Assembly (NCBI GenBank): GCA_016188265.1
Contig: JACPID010000009.1
Span: 1 to 45,009, forward strand
Length of the DNA stretch: 45,009 nt
DNA from: Candidatus Woesearchaeota archaeon
GTDB taxonomy: Archaea > Nanobdellota > Nanobdellia > Woesearchaeales > ARS49
Direction: 5' to 3'
Part shown: piece after piece, positions 8,201-16,923 of the stretch
How the letters are laid out: each line of letters opens with the position of its first letter
Position numbering within the stretch: position 1 is the stretch's first letter
Notes under the pieces: model-generated
The model's database searches: none
What the model saw: only the letters and a program-made list of their open reading frames with translations
Told to the model about the DNA's origin: nothing
Position numbers and translations under genes: made by a program

Positions 8201-8810
8201 AGTCTTGCAATTCTGTTATTGTTCTTTTTATTTCATCTTCTGTAGCATCATAAATATCATAGCCCATTTTTTTTCTGACATAGTCGCCTATAAGAACACA
8301 AACTGCTGCACTTGTTCCTCCTGCATTGCGAATAGGCCCTGCAAAATTCAAAATCAAGTATTCTCCTCGATTATCTAATCTTTTTTTAAATTCAATTCCT
8401 ATTAAGCCGTCTAGAGGAGAAGAAACAATTCCACAGGTTGAATAAGCAAAACCTGTTCTAATGCCAACTTCTATTGCTTCTTTTTTATCTTTAAATTTGC
8501 AAAATTTTTCTTCAGCTATCTCAAGTGCAATAACAAAAGCAATTCTCCAGTCCAATGCTCCGTATTGATTTTCAAGTTCAATTATTCTTTTTTTTATATC
8601 ATTATTTTGAATTTGAGGTGCAATCACGCTTATTAAGCCCACAACCCTTTCAGCCATATTTTTCGCAAGGGTTGACTCTACCATATTTTCAGGATCATAA
8701 CACATTTTGCGTGCTTTCTGAGCTAGATCATGTGCATTTTTAATATATTCCTGAATGCCTTCAAAATAGGCTTTAATTGATTGGGATGTTTGTTCTGTCA
8801 TTTTCTGCAA
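5295..8810 (-). CDS. polC: DNA polymerase D large subunit (DP2)
   Basis: 1171 aa. FAGPIRNAGGT, RLRYGRSR, RMGRPEKAK, catalytic RRDCDGDE, Zn fingers and C-terminal PIP-like QTGLGAWF. No intein-sized insertion. Confidence 0.97.
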   Translation of the reverse strand: MQKMTEQTSQSIKAYFEGIQEYIKNAHDLAQKARKMCYDPENMVESTLAKNMAERVVGLISVIAPQIQNNDIKKRIIELENQYGALDWRIAFVIALEIAEEKFCKFKDKKEAIEVGIRTGFAYSTCGIVSSPLDGLIGIEFKKRLDNRGEYLILNFAGPIRNAGGTSAAVCVLIGDYVRKKMGYDIYDATEDEIKRTITELQDYHERVTNLQYFPSPEEITFLMKNMPVQISGDPSEDIEVSNFKDLPRITTNLIRSGFCLIMSSCIPLKAPKLWKQLNKWGKDFDMDQWNFFEEFILIQKKAKAKGTEKLDKKISPDYTYISDLVAGRPVIGHPLSHGSFRLRYGRSRISGFSAQSIHPATMYILNQYLATGTQIKVERPGKAAALTNCDYIDGPIVKLQDSEVIQLKTLQEAKKYFPLIQEIIYLGDTLISYGDFFNRAHPLVPAGYCQEWWIQELEEACIKLFGKIDAELLSEKTKIPAERIEKILKFPLTTNPTGEEAVILSKILSIPIHPEYTYYWNVLKQEQFLSFLKLIEKSNIIKSNDKIEKITLPNNPEKRFLELIGIPHKLVQNEFIVIKGDHAIIFTELFKQIKPYNKEPILEYLTNISSIKVCDKAGIFIGARMGRPEKAKQRKLTGNPHMLFPVGEEGGKFRSIQASMEKGIVTADFAQFFCKNCNKDTILSRCETCNKITEKKYYCKICGQQNQQECPKHGKNSFSKNTQIKINEYFKYALQKLSMKTYPNLIKGVRGTSNQNHIPEHIAKGILRAKHNIHVNKDGTTRYDMTQLPITHFKPKEVQTSITKLKEFGYEKDIYGKPLENEDQILEIKPQDIFLPASAELTEEGAHTLLFRVSQFIDELLTNFYGLKPFYSLKNEKDLIGHFVVCLAPHTSAGIIGRIAGFTKTQGFFAHPLLHAATRRDCDGDEACVFLLMDAFLNYSKHYLPNTRGATMDAPLVITSILIPAEVDDMAFDLDRAWRYPKELYQASLEYKMPWEVSIEQLKSYLGKPEQYEGYGFTHDVSDLNNTVNCSAYKTLPSMEEKLKGQMELAEKIRAVDTSNVAELVIEKHFLKDTKGNLRKFSTQEFRCVACNEKYRRPPIVGKCIKCNGRLIFTVSEGNIIKYLEPTISLAKKYNVSPYLMQTIEILQQRIEGVFGKEKEKQTGLGAWFG

Positions 8811-10218
8811 AATTCATTAATGTAACTTTTCTGTTTTGTAAATTTATAATAGGTATTTTGCATGGTTCTGGCTCATGCCCTACTTTTTCTTGAAAATCTG
8901 TTTTTGCCTGCCAACAACTGCTGCTTATAGTTATAACCCCGCGATAATTTCCTATGTTTGCTTTATGAATGTGGCCGCTTAAAAAAAAGTCAGGAACTTT
9001 ATCTATAATAAGAGGGTCTATTTTTGAATCTGGAATATATAATGATGATGCGTGAGTTGGAGCTAAATGCCTTTTTTGAAGTAAATATTTCATAATTAAT
9101 TCAACTCTATCAGAAATGTGTCTTCCGCTATTTCTTATGCTTTCAACATTGTCTCCGTAATAATCATAACTGTATCCGTGATATAATAAAAAAGTAAAGC
9201 CCGGAAATTCTTTTGTTTTATGAATTCTTATATAAGCTGGGTTGGTAACTAAATAAGCGTTATTTAAAGAATTGAGTGATTCAACAAAATTATTGTTTAA
9301 TGGGGGTTGTGGTTCAGAAAGCCTTAATGCATCATGATTTCCAGGACAAATTATTAATTTTTTATCTTTTGGAATTTTGTGTAAATACTCAACAAGTTTT
9401 TCATATTGTTTGTAAATATCAGGAATGTTTAGTTCTTTTTGCTGGTTTGGATAAATTCCTACGCCATCAACAAGATCTCCAACAATAAAAATATATTTTA
9501 CTTTTTGCGCAATATTTTTTTGTTCTTGAGTTCCAATTTCACTATTAATCCATCTGATAAATCTTTCAAATTCTTTTTCTAAAAAATATATAGATCCTAC
9601 GTGTATATCAGAAAGAACAACTGCATAAACTTCATCTGGACATTTTTTAATTTCTTGAATTAGGGGAATGCCTGGAAAAATTATGTTTTGAATAAATATT
9701 ATTTTATCTCCAGTAACTCCTTGAATGCCTATGACTTCATCATTTACTATGCTCTTTGCTTCTTCATATTGAGGATTGTTTTTTGATATTACTGCTTTTA
9801 TTTGGCCTGATCTATCTTCGATAGTTAAAATGATATTTTGGTTTTTTGTAAATTGTTTCTCAAAAACTATTCCGATAATATTTATTTGTTCTTTTTCTGA
9901 CTTTTGTAATATTCTAGAAATTGATGTAATATTTTGTAGTTCTTGATGTTGATGAAGAATTTTTTCTATAGCTTTTAATCTGTTTGTAAAATATGAAATA
10001 AAGTCTTGAACTGTGTATTTTTTAGAAACTCCAATATAGCTTTGAATTATTTCTACATTATTGTTTTCAATTTCATTAAAGTTTTGCTCTTTTTTTTCAG
10101 TTAATTGCTCATTTATTGCTTGCTTTTGTTTTTCAAGTTTTTGAAGTAATTCTTTTGTAACTAAAACCCTTTTTTTAAGTAATTGTTCTACTATTTGTTT
10201 TTTAATTGTTTCATTCAT
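8773..10218 (-). CDS. polB: DNA polymerase D small subunit (DP1, 3'-5' exonuclease)
   Basis: OB fold plus phosphoesterase motifs SDIHVGS, GDLVDG, PGNHD, YHG and GHIH. ATG 10218 overlaps the cdc6 stop. Confidence 0.95.
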   Translation of the reverse strand: MNETIKKQIVEQLLKKRVLVTKELLQKLEKQKQAINEQLTEKKEQNFNEIENNNVEIIQSYIGVSKKYTVQDFISYFTNRLKAIEKILHQHQELQNITSISRILQKSEKEQINIIGIVFEKQFTKNQNIILTIEDRSGQIKAVISKNNPQYEEAKSIVNDEVIGIQGVTGDKIIFIQNIIFPGIPLIQEIKKCPDEVYAVVLSDIHVGSIYFLEKEFERFIRWINSEIGTQEQKNIAQKVKYIFIVGDLVDGVGIYPNQQKELNIPDIYKQYEKLVEYLHKIPKDKKLIICPGNHDALRLSEPQPPLNNNFVESLNSLNNAYLVTNPAYIRIHKTKEFPGFTFLLYHGYSYDYYGDNVESIRNSGRHISDRVELIMKYLLQKRHLAPTHASSLYIPDSKIDPLIIDKVPDFFLSGHIHKANIGNYRGVITISSSCWQAKTDFQEKVGHEPEPCKIPIINLQNRKVTLMNFAENDRTNIPIN

Positions 10219-11425
10219 TTTGTATTTGTTCTTCAAGAATTTTTTTAAGTTGGTGTAAAATATGCTTGTGTGGATAATATATTTCTCTTGTGCGTCCATA
10301 CCTTCCTTTTGATATTATGTTTGCATTTATCATTCCTAGAGTATCAAATTCAGCAAGAATATCTGAAATTCTTCTTTGTGTTAAAGGGCGTAATTTATTG
10401 ATTTCACAAATGTTTTGGTAAACATTATATATTTCTCCAGTATAAATTGTTTGTTCTCTGTTTTTTTTCTCAGCTAGTATTAATATAGAAAGAAATATAG
10501 TTTGATATTGTTTAGGCTGTACTTTTATTAAATCAAAAATTCTGTCATTTTCTATTTTTTTTTCTGCTTTATCTAAATCTTCTAAATTTATTTTATTTTT
10601 TTGTTGCCTTTCTGCTAATTCAGCTGCGACACGTAATAATTCTATGGCTTTTCTTGCATCACCGTGGTCTCTGGCTGCGTATGCAGCACACTTAGAAATA
10701 ACTCCTTCTTCTAAAATATTAGGTAAAAATGATTGTTCAGATCTATCTTTAAGAATAGTTTGTAATTGTAATGCATTATAAGGGGGAAAAATAACCTCTT
10801 CTTCTGAGAGAGAACTTTTCACTCTGGGGTCTAAAGAATCAATAAATGAAGTTGAATTTGATATTCCTATTATTGTTAATTGTGTATTTTTTAACTCAGT
10901 GTTTATTCTTGTTAAATTATAAAGAATATCATTTCCTATTTTTTCAATAAGTTGATCAACTTCATCCAAAATAATAACTATTTGTTCTTCTTTATTGTTT
11001 AATGTTTGATAAAATATGTTATATACCTCATCTGTTGGTAAGCCTGTTGCTGGTATGGCTTTTCCTAATTGTCTAGATAATTGTGCAATTAATCTATATT
11101 CTGTATCTGCAATTTTTTTAAGTTTGCAATTACAATAAATAATCTGAATTGGAATTTTATGTTGATTTGCAACTTCTTCTAGTTGAGAAAGAACATATTT
11201 TACACATAATGTTTTTCCAGATCCTGTTTTTCCATAAACAAATATATTTGAAGGTTTTTCTTTTTTTATTAAAGGTGCAAGTATTTGTGCTAAATTATTA
11301 ATTTGTTCTTCTCTATGTGGTATTTTTATAGGAATATAATTTAATTGAAGAATTGACCTATTTTTGAATATGTTGTTTTTTTTTCTATAATTTTCAAAAA
11401 AATTTATCAATTCTTTTTCAGCCAT
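10211..11425 (-). CDS. cdc6: Orc1/Cdc6 replication initiator
   Basis: Walker A GKTGSGKT, Walker B ILDEVD, GDARKAI and winged-helix SKGRYGRTR. Confidence 0.97.
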   Translation of the reverse strand: MAEKELINFFENYRKKNNIFKNRSILQLNYIPIKIPHREEQINNLAQILAPLIKKEKPSNIFVYGKTGSGKTLCVKYVLSQLEEVANQHKIPIQIIYCNCKLKKIADTEYRLIAQLSRQLGKAIPATGLPTDEVYNIFYQTLNNKEEQIVIILDEVDQLIEKIGNDILYNLTRINTELKNTQLTIIGISNSTSFIDSLDPRVKSSLSEEEVIFPPYNALQLQTILKDRSEQSFLPNILEEGVISKCAAYAARDHGDARKAIELLRVAAELAERQQKNKINLEDLDKAEKKIENDRIFDLIKVQPKQYQTIFLSILILAEKKNREQTIYTGEIYNVYQNICEINKLRPLTQRRISDILAEFDTLGMINANIISKGRYGRTREIYYPHKHILHQLKKILEEQIQNE

Positions 11426-11426
11426 A

Positions 11427-11673
11427 TTTCCATAAGAAACTATGGTCTTTTTAAATATTAATATTTTTGAAAATATTCTTTTTTCAATATATGCCTCACC
11501 CCTTTATTTCTCATGGAGTTTATTATAATTAAAAATAACTAAAATATATATTTTATATATAAAAAATAAATAAAAATATAATATTATTTTTTAAAAAAAT
11601 AAAATATAAAAAATATTTTAAAAAATAATTATTTTTTTAAATTAATTTATTTTTCCATAAGAAAATAAGGTCT
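11427..11673. promoter_or_regulatory. Probable replication origin (oriC): ORB elements flanking an AT-rich unwinding element
   Basis: Minus-strand ORB with G-string, ACTCCATGAGAAATAAAGGGGT (11519-11498). Plus-strand ORB-like TTTCCATAAGAAA(C/A)TA(T/A)GGTCT at 11427-11448 and 11652-11673. Almost pure A/T at 11520-11651. Directly upstream of cdc6. Confidence 0.78.
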
Positions 11674-11691
11674 CACTAGAAAATACTCTTA

Positions 11692-11822
11692 ATTTACTTA
11701 TAAAATGCATGCAAAAGTCTAGTTAAACTAAAGTTTTGCGTTTTTTTATTGATCTAGGCAAAACTTTAGAACCTATACTTTTGTCTATTTACTTATAAAA
11801 TGCATGCAAAAGTCTAGTTAAA
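11692..11822. repeat. 36-bp perfect direct repeat enclosing a 12-bp inverted repeat
   Basis: ATTTACTTATAAAATGCATGCAAAAGTCTAGTTAAA at 11692-11727 and 11787-11822. CTAAAGTTTTGC (11728-11739) / GCAAAACTTTAG (11758-11769) between them. Confidence 0.9.
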
Positions 11823-11902
11823 GAAATATTTAAATAGTGGTAGTACTTTCCAATAGTAACAAATTAAGTTTTAAATTAATTGAAGGGGTTTTGAGAGGTT
11901 AT

Positions 11903-12700
11903 ATGATATTTCAAAATGAATTTTTAAATAAACTTAAAGATTTTGGCTTAAATACCTATGAAGCAAAATTATGGACTGCTTTATTATCTAGAGGTGTTGC
12001 AACTGCTGGTGAATTAAGTGATATTGCTAATGTTCCTCGTTCTAGAAGTTATGATGTTTTAGAAAGTCTTGAAAGAAAAGGTTTTGTTGTTTTAAAACTT
12101 GGAAAACCAATAAAATATGTAGCTATTTCACCTGAAGAAGTTGTTGATAGAGTTAAAAAAAATATTCAAGAAGAAGCATTAAGTCAAGCAAAAGTTATTG
12201 AAAATATTAAAGGAAGTGATTTAATTTCAGAATTATCTTTACTTCATTCAAATGGGATAAAACAAATTGATCCATTTGAAATAACTAGTGCAATTCGAGG
12301 TAGAAAAAATCTTCAAGCACACTTAAATTTTATTATAAAAAATGCAAAAAAAGAAGTTCTTTTACTAACAACAGACTTAAGTGTAATTCAAGATCTTAAA
12401 GCTTTAAAATCAAGTTTATTTAAGGTAAATTCAAAAGGAGTTTCTATTAAACTTTTAGCACCAATTTCAAAAAATAATTTAAAATTAGCTAAAGATACAG
12501 CTCCTTTTATAGAAATAAAGCAAGCTCCTTCTGAAGTTTCAACAAGATTTTGCATTGTTGATAAAGAACACATTTCATTTATGGTTCCAGATGATTCAGA
12601 AGTTCACCCTTCTTATGATTTTGGAATATGGGTAAACTCGCCTAGTTTTATTAAAAATTTTTACAGTTTTTTTGATTATCATTGGAAAAAAAGTAAATAA
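11903..12700 (+). CDS. TrmB-family transcriptional regulator / chromatin protein (paralog 1)
   Basis: GLNTYEAK, VPRSRSYDVLESLERKG and GKPIKY HTH with a PLD-like C-domain. GAGGT SD before ATG 11903. Confidence 0.9.
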   Translation: MIFQNEFLNKLKDFGLNTYEAKLWTALLSRGVATAGELSDIANVPRSRSYDVLESLERKGFVVLKLGKPIKYVAISPEEVVDRVKKNIQEEALSQAKVIENIKGSDLISELSLLHSNGIKQIDPFEITSAIRGRKNLQAHLNFIIKNAKKEVLLLTTDLSVIQDLKALKSSLFKVNSKGVSIKLLAPISKNNLKLAKDTAPFIEIKQAPSEVSTRFCIVDKEHISFMVPDDSEVHPSYDFGIWVNSPSFIKNFYSFFDYHWKKSK

Positions 12701-12823
12701 AAATCTAACACAACTATAGCAAGTTATTATAGCATTATATTAAGATTTACCTACGTAGAGACGGTTTTAATAAAAACATTTTTATACAATGAATACTATT
12801 TTTTTGTAAATGAGGTGATTTTT

Positions 12824-13042
12824 ATGCCAGTTGAAGTATTAACACAATCAGATGTGTATGTTTTAAGAGTAACTCTTGCAGTTATAATAGGTACTCTTGC
12901 AGCAATAGTTTATTGTTTAAGAGTTCTTGTTTTAATGGAAAGAAGGCTTGAAAGAATTGAGGCGCATGCTGATAAAATAGCACATAAAATTTTGAAAGGT
13001 GAAAAGAGAATAGAAAGTTCCATTAAAAAAACTAAAAAGTAG
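12824..13042 (+). CDS. Small single-TM hypothetical protein
   Basis: GAGGTGA SD at 12812-12818. One hydrophobic helix followed by a coiled-coil-like tail. Confidence 0.7.
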   Translation: MPVEVLTQSDVYVLRVTLAVIIGTLAAIVYCLRVLVLMERRLERIEAHADKIAHKILKGEKRIESSIKKTKK

Positions 13043-13541
13043 CTATTTTACAGGAGCTTAAGCGAGATATTTCTTTTTCTATAAATTTTATTTTTGAAGC
13101 ATTATCTTCTAGTTGTAAAAGACACCCGCATTCAGGGCATTTGTAATTATAACTAATACTTTGTTCAAAATCAAGGCGTAAACAACCTTCAGGACAAGCA
13201 TAAAATTGAGAGGATTTTTCACGATTTAATCGTTCATTAAGTTTTTCGAGTTTTTTATTATAAATGTTTTTATGTGTATGAATTATGTTTTTTTGATTAA
13301 ATGTCCAGTAATAAATATACCATCCTTTTGTTTTATCTTTTTTTCTAATAAACATAACAAGATTAGCTTCATATAACTTATATAACATATTTCTAACAGT
13401 ATTAATCTCTTTTTTCAGTTCTTGAGCAAGCTTAAATTCAGAGACATTTTTTCTTTTTCCTAAAGTTTTAACTAAAGAAACTACGTCTAATCCAGCAACT
13501 TCAGTTACAACATCCTCTATAAGCTTAGGTGATAACCTCAT
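13032..13541 (-). CDS. tfe: Transcription factor E alpha
   Basis: wHTH (INTVRNMLYKL, GWYIYYW) plus zinc ribbon CPEGC...CPECG. Confidence 0.92.
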   Translation of the reverse strand: MRLSPKLIEDVVTEVAGLDVVSLVKTLGKRKNVSEFKLAQELKKEINTVRNMLYKLYEANLVMFIRKKDKTKGWYIYYWTFNQKNIIHTHKNIYNKKLEKLNERLNREKSSQFYACPEGCLRLDFEQSISYNYKCPECGCLLQLEDNASKIKFIEKEISRLSSCKIATF

Positions 13542-13629
13542 ATATCTCCAACGACTCTCCAAATTTTAAGAACAAGAGTTTTATAAAGATTAAATAGTAT
13601 TTAAATTTTTCGCTCTCCAGTAGTAATAA

Positions 13630-14016
13630 TTAAATTAAAAGCTGTTGAAATGTTTTGCCTTTTATTTCTATTTCTTTTTTACTAATACATAAACTTTTTG
13701 AGTTAATATTAAGATAATTTGGTTGAATAAATAACCAGTCTTGCCGTGAAAATTTAATAGCTAGCCATGGTTCTACGTGAATTTTTTCTGATAAAAAAAA
13801 TAAATCATCAATTTCTTTTTGGCTAAAATATTGTATTTCACTATTTGTTGTTTTACATTCAATAATTATTTTACGTAAACCTTTTCCAGCAACAATATCA
13901 GGTGATGGGTATTTTATACTTCCACTGCCAGCTATTCTCCATGCTGTCCAATTGTTTTGCCAAAAAAGGTGAACTAATTCTCGTTCACCATTCACTCCTT
14001 TTATTTTTTGCTTCAT
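13630..14016 (-). CDS. hjc: Holliday junction resolvase Hjc
   Basis: KGVNGEREL, RIAGSG, PDIVAG and IECK PD-(D/E)xK motifs. Confidence 0.92.
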   Translation of the reverse strand: MKQKIKGVNGERELVHLFWQNNWTAWRIAGSGSIKYPSPDIVAGKGLRKIIIECKTTNSEIQYFSQKEIDDLFFLSEKIHVEPWLAIKFSRQDWLFIQPNYLNINSKSLCISKKEIEIKGKTFQQLLI

Positions 14017-14030
14017 GTTTTTACTGTTCT

Positions 14031-14104
14031 AACTTAACTTTGCCACCTGCGAAGTAAAATAACTTAAACTACTTCTATACCTATTCAAGTGGCAAAGTTA
14101 AGTT
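14031..14104. repeat. 74-bp element with perfect 16-bp terminal inverted repeats (MITE-like)
   Basis: AACTTAACTTTGCCAC (14031-14046) / GTGGCAAAGTTAAGTT (14089-14104). Inner GAAGTA/TACTTC stem. CT on both flanks. Confidence 0.6.
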
Positions 14105-14146
14105 CTTAGTATAATTTTATATATTTTACTTAATTTATTATATTTT

Positions 14147-14356
14147 ATGTCTTCAAATCGTTTAATTCCTTTAGCAGCTCTTGAGCAGCTTTTAAAACAA
14201 GCAGGTTGTGAAAGAGTAAGTGAAGGAGCAAAAAGAGCATTAAAATTAGTTCTTGAAGAAAAAGCAATGATTATTGGTAAAAAAGCATGGGAATTAGCAG
14301 TTCATGCTGGAAGAAGAACTGTTAAAGAAGAAGATGTATATCTTGCTAATAAATAA
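14147..14356 (+). CDS. Archaeal histone (HMf-like)
   Basis: 69 aa with IPLAAL, ERVSEGA and HAGRRTVKEED histone-fold motifs. Confidence 0.93.
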   Translation: MSSNRLIPLAALEQLLKQAGCERVSEGAKRALKLVLEEKAMIIGKKAWELAVHAGRRTVKEEDVYLANK

Positions 14357-15247
14357 TTAAATATTAATTTTCATTCCATCATATGCACAAATTATATTAT
14401 CAAAATAATTTCTTGCTTCTTCTTCAATTTCTTGGGTATTTTTGTATCTTGCGCTAAAATGTGTAAGAATAAGTTTTTTTACATCACTTTTGCTTGCAAT
14501 AAGGGCAGATTGTTGTGCAGTTAAATGTTTATATTTTTCAGCTTTATCTTTTAATTTTGATGTATAACTTGATTCAATTACAAGAATATCTGCATTTTCT
14601 GCCAGTTTATAACAATTATTTGTAATTACTGTATCTGTAATAAATGTTATTTTTTTTCCTTTTACAATTGTAGTTACTTCTTCTGGTTTTATTACTTTAT
14701 CTTTCCAAATTAAAGTTTTGCCTTCCTGAAGTTTTCTAATATGAGGCCCTTCTTCAACTCCTATTTTTTTTAATTTTTCCATATTTATTTTTCTTTTATC
14801 TTTTTCTATAAAAGAATAGCCATTACAGGCAATTTTGTGTTTTAAAGGCAGTGATTCTATTGTAAAATCTTTATCTTCACAAATAATTCCTGAATCAACT
14901 TCAACAAATTTTGTTTTTATGCGAAAGTCAAATACAATTCCTTTACACATATCTTCAAAATATTTTTTTGTTCCTTTTGGAGCATAAATTTCAAGAGTTT
15001 TTTCATAATCTAATGATCCTAAACTTTGAATAATTCCTAATAGCCCTAAAATATGGTCTCCATGCCAGTGGCTTACTAGTATTTTTGTTAATTTTGAAAG
15101 AGGAATGCCGTATAATTTCATTTGTCTTTGAGTTCCTTCTCCACAATCAATAAGAATTCCATCTCTTTTATATAACATTAATGTAGCTACTTGATTTCTT
15201 TCTTTTGTAGGTACCATACAGCTTGTTCCTAAAAATATTATGTTCAT
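14357..15247 (-). CDS. rnz: Ribonuclease Z
   Basis: FLGTS, PTKERN, DCGEGTQRQ, SHWHGDH and THFSARY. Confidence 0.95.
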   Translation of the reverse strand: MNIIFLGTSCMVPTKERNQVATLMLYKRDGILIDCGEGTQRQMKLYGIPLSKLTKILVSHWHGDHILGLLGIIQSLGSLDYEKTLEIYAPKGTKKYFEDMCKGIVFDFRIKTKFVEVDSGIICEDKDFTIESLPLKHKIACNGYSFIEKDKRKINMEKLKKIGVEEGPHIRKLQEGKTLIWKDKVIKPEEVTTIVKGKKITFITDTVITNNCYKLAENADILVIESSYTSKLKDKAEKYKHLTAQQSALIASKSDVKKLILTHFSARYKNTQEIEEEARNYFDNIICAYDGMKINI

Positions 15248-15355
15248 AGTATGTTATTAAATAAGAAGTTTTTTAAATGTTCTTCATATTTACAGGATTC
15301 ACGTAAGTGATGTTAAATTAAACTTTAATTGCGTAGATACTGTATTTAAAAGATA

Positions 15356-15892
15356 ATGACGTCAAAAGCAACAGTCACTGCATTGTTTGCTGACGATCAG
15401 GTAATAACTGAAAACAGCAACGAAGCAAGAGAACTTTTTAATCAAAGTAGGTTTGGTTCTTTATTAGAAGATGGCCGTGTTCGTCTTTCTTTTTTAGAAA
15501 CATTTTATTTGATAGAAAAACAAAAAATAAATTTAGTTAATTCTAGGGGAAAAGAAACTCTCAAAGAAGTTTTTTTAAAAAGAGCAAAACGTGTTGAGCC
15601 TAGATTTTGGATAAGGTATTGTATTTTTAAAAATATTCGTGATCGTGGTTATATTATAAAGACAGCTCTTAAATTTGGTGCAGATTTTAGGGTTTATGAT
15701 CGTGGTGTAAAGCCCGGTGAAGATCATGCTAAATGGGTTATTTTTCCTGTTAGTGAAGGAGAAACATTTACTTGGCACGAGTTTGCAGCAAAAAACAGAG
15801 TTGCTCATAGTACCAAAAAAAAGCTCCTTATTGGCGTAGTTGATGATGAAAGTGATGTTAGTTACTGGGAATGCCGATGGCTTAGGCCATAA
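15356..15892 (+). CDS. endA: tRNA-splicing endonuclease
   Basis: LSFLETFYL, RGYIIKTALKFGADFRVY, catalytic His (EDHA) and HSTKKKL. Single unit of 178 aa. Confidence 0.93.
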   Translation: MTSKATVTALFADDQVITENSNEARELFNQSRFGSLLEDGRVRLSFLETFYLIEKQKINLVNSRGKETLKEVFLKRAKRVEPRFWIRYCIFKNIRDRGYIIKTALKFGADFRVYDRGVKPGEDHAKWVIFPVSEGETFTWHEFAAKNRVAHSTKKKLLIGVVDDESDVSYWECRWLRP

Positions 15893-15945
15893 AAAACTAA
15901 ACTATACCACTAACTATTTATATCAGATTTCTTTTTTTATTTTCC

Positions 15946-16923
15946 ATGAGCTATGAGAATCAAATTCTTACTTTAGTTAAAAAAAGCCCTGTACAGCCAG
16001 TACAAGTTGCAAAAGCGCTTAATACAAATAGTTTAATGGCATCTGCAATTCTTTCTGAATTATCAAGTAAAGGAAAATTAAAAGTATCTTATTTAAAAGT
16101 AGGAAGTTCTCCTTTATATTATGATCCTGAAAATCCTTCTCAACTACAAAATTTTGTTTATGCATTAAATGAAAAAGAAAAAAGAGCTTATGAGGTAATA
16201 CTACAAAAAAAAGTAATTCCTGATGATTCTCTTGATCCTCTTATGAAAGTTTGTATGAGGCAGTTAAAAGATTTTGCTCAACCTATTGAGGTTATTTTTC
16301 AAGGAAATGTAGTTTTATTTTGGAAATGGTATTTACTTAAAGATGAAGATGTAGAATCATATGCTCGGCCTTATTTTTCAAATAAAATTGAGCAAAATTC
16401 AATCTTACAGCTTGACAAATCTCTAACTAAAACACTTGATGAAACTAAAAAAGAAGAATCAATAAAAGAATCTCAAAATAAAACAAATATTTCTCTAGAA
16501 GAGCAAAAAAGTATTGAAGAAAAAAGTCTTGATTCTGTAAATAAGATAGAGGAGAATCAAGCATATAAAAAAACCATAACTAAAAAATTAGTGAAGAAAA
16601 AAAATAATTCAATAAAAGATCTTTTTTTTAAAAAAATCAATTATTATTTTTCTCAAAAACAAATAGTGATACTTAATAGCATTTCTTCAAAAAGAAATAA
16701 AGAATATGAGTTTATACTTCAAAAATTTGATGGTTTGAAAGAGAAGCATTGTTATTGTAAAGCAGTTAAGAAAAGAAAGGTTCAAGATATTGATGTAGCT
16801 CTTGCATTTGCAAATAGTAAGATTAAAAACATTTCACTTATTTTTTTATATCAAGGAGAATTAAGTAAATCAGCTAAAGTTATGCTTGAAAAATTGCCTG
16901 AAATTTTAGGTGAAAAATTATAA
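15946..16923 (+). CDS. Hypothetical protein (N-terminal HTH-like region, low-complexity linker)
   Basis: 325-aa ORF coupled to fen (TAATG overlap). Function not recognised. Confidence 0.7.
   Translation: MSYENQILTLVKKSPVQPVQVAKALNTNSLMASAILSELSSKGKLKVSYLKVGSSPLYYDPENPSQLQNFVYALNEKEKRAYEVILQKKVIPDDSLDPLMKVCMRQLKDFAQPIEVIFQGNVVLFWKWYLLKDEDVESYARPYFSNKIEQNSILQLDKSLTKTLDETKKEESIKESQNKTNISLEEQKSIEEKSLDSVNKIEENQAYKKTITKKLVKKKNNSIKDLFFKKINYYFSQKQIVILNSISSKRNKEYEFILQKFDGLKEKHCYCKAVKKRKVQDIDVALAFANSKIKNISLIFLYQGELSKSAKVMLEKLPEILGEKL

Noticed and set aside
5295..11425. Inteins in DP2, DP1 or Cdc6 (also RFC)
   Set aside because: Protein lengths are ordinary and the conserved motifs are contiguous.
11692..11822. 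36-bp repeats as a minimal CRISPR array
   Set aside because: Only two repeats, a 59-nt self-complementary spacer and no cas genes in the window.
15291..15344. Small stems upstream of endA (TCAC-GTAA-GTGA, TACAG/CTGTA) as a regulatory or BHB element
   Set aside because: Stems are too short and AT-rich to separate from chance, and no bulge-helix-bulge geometry is evident.
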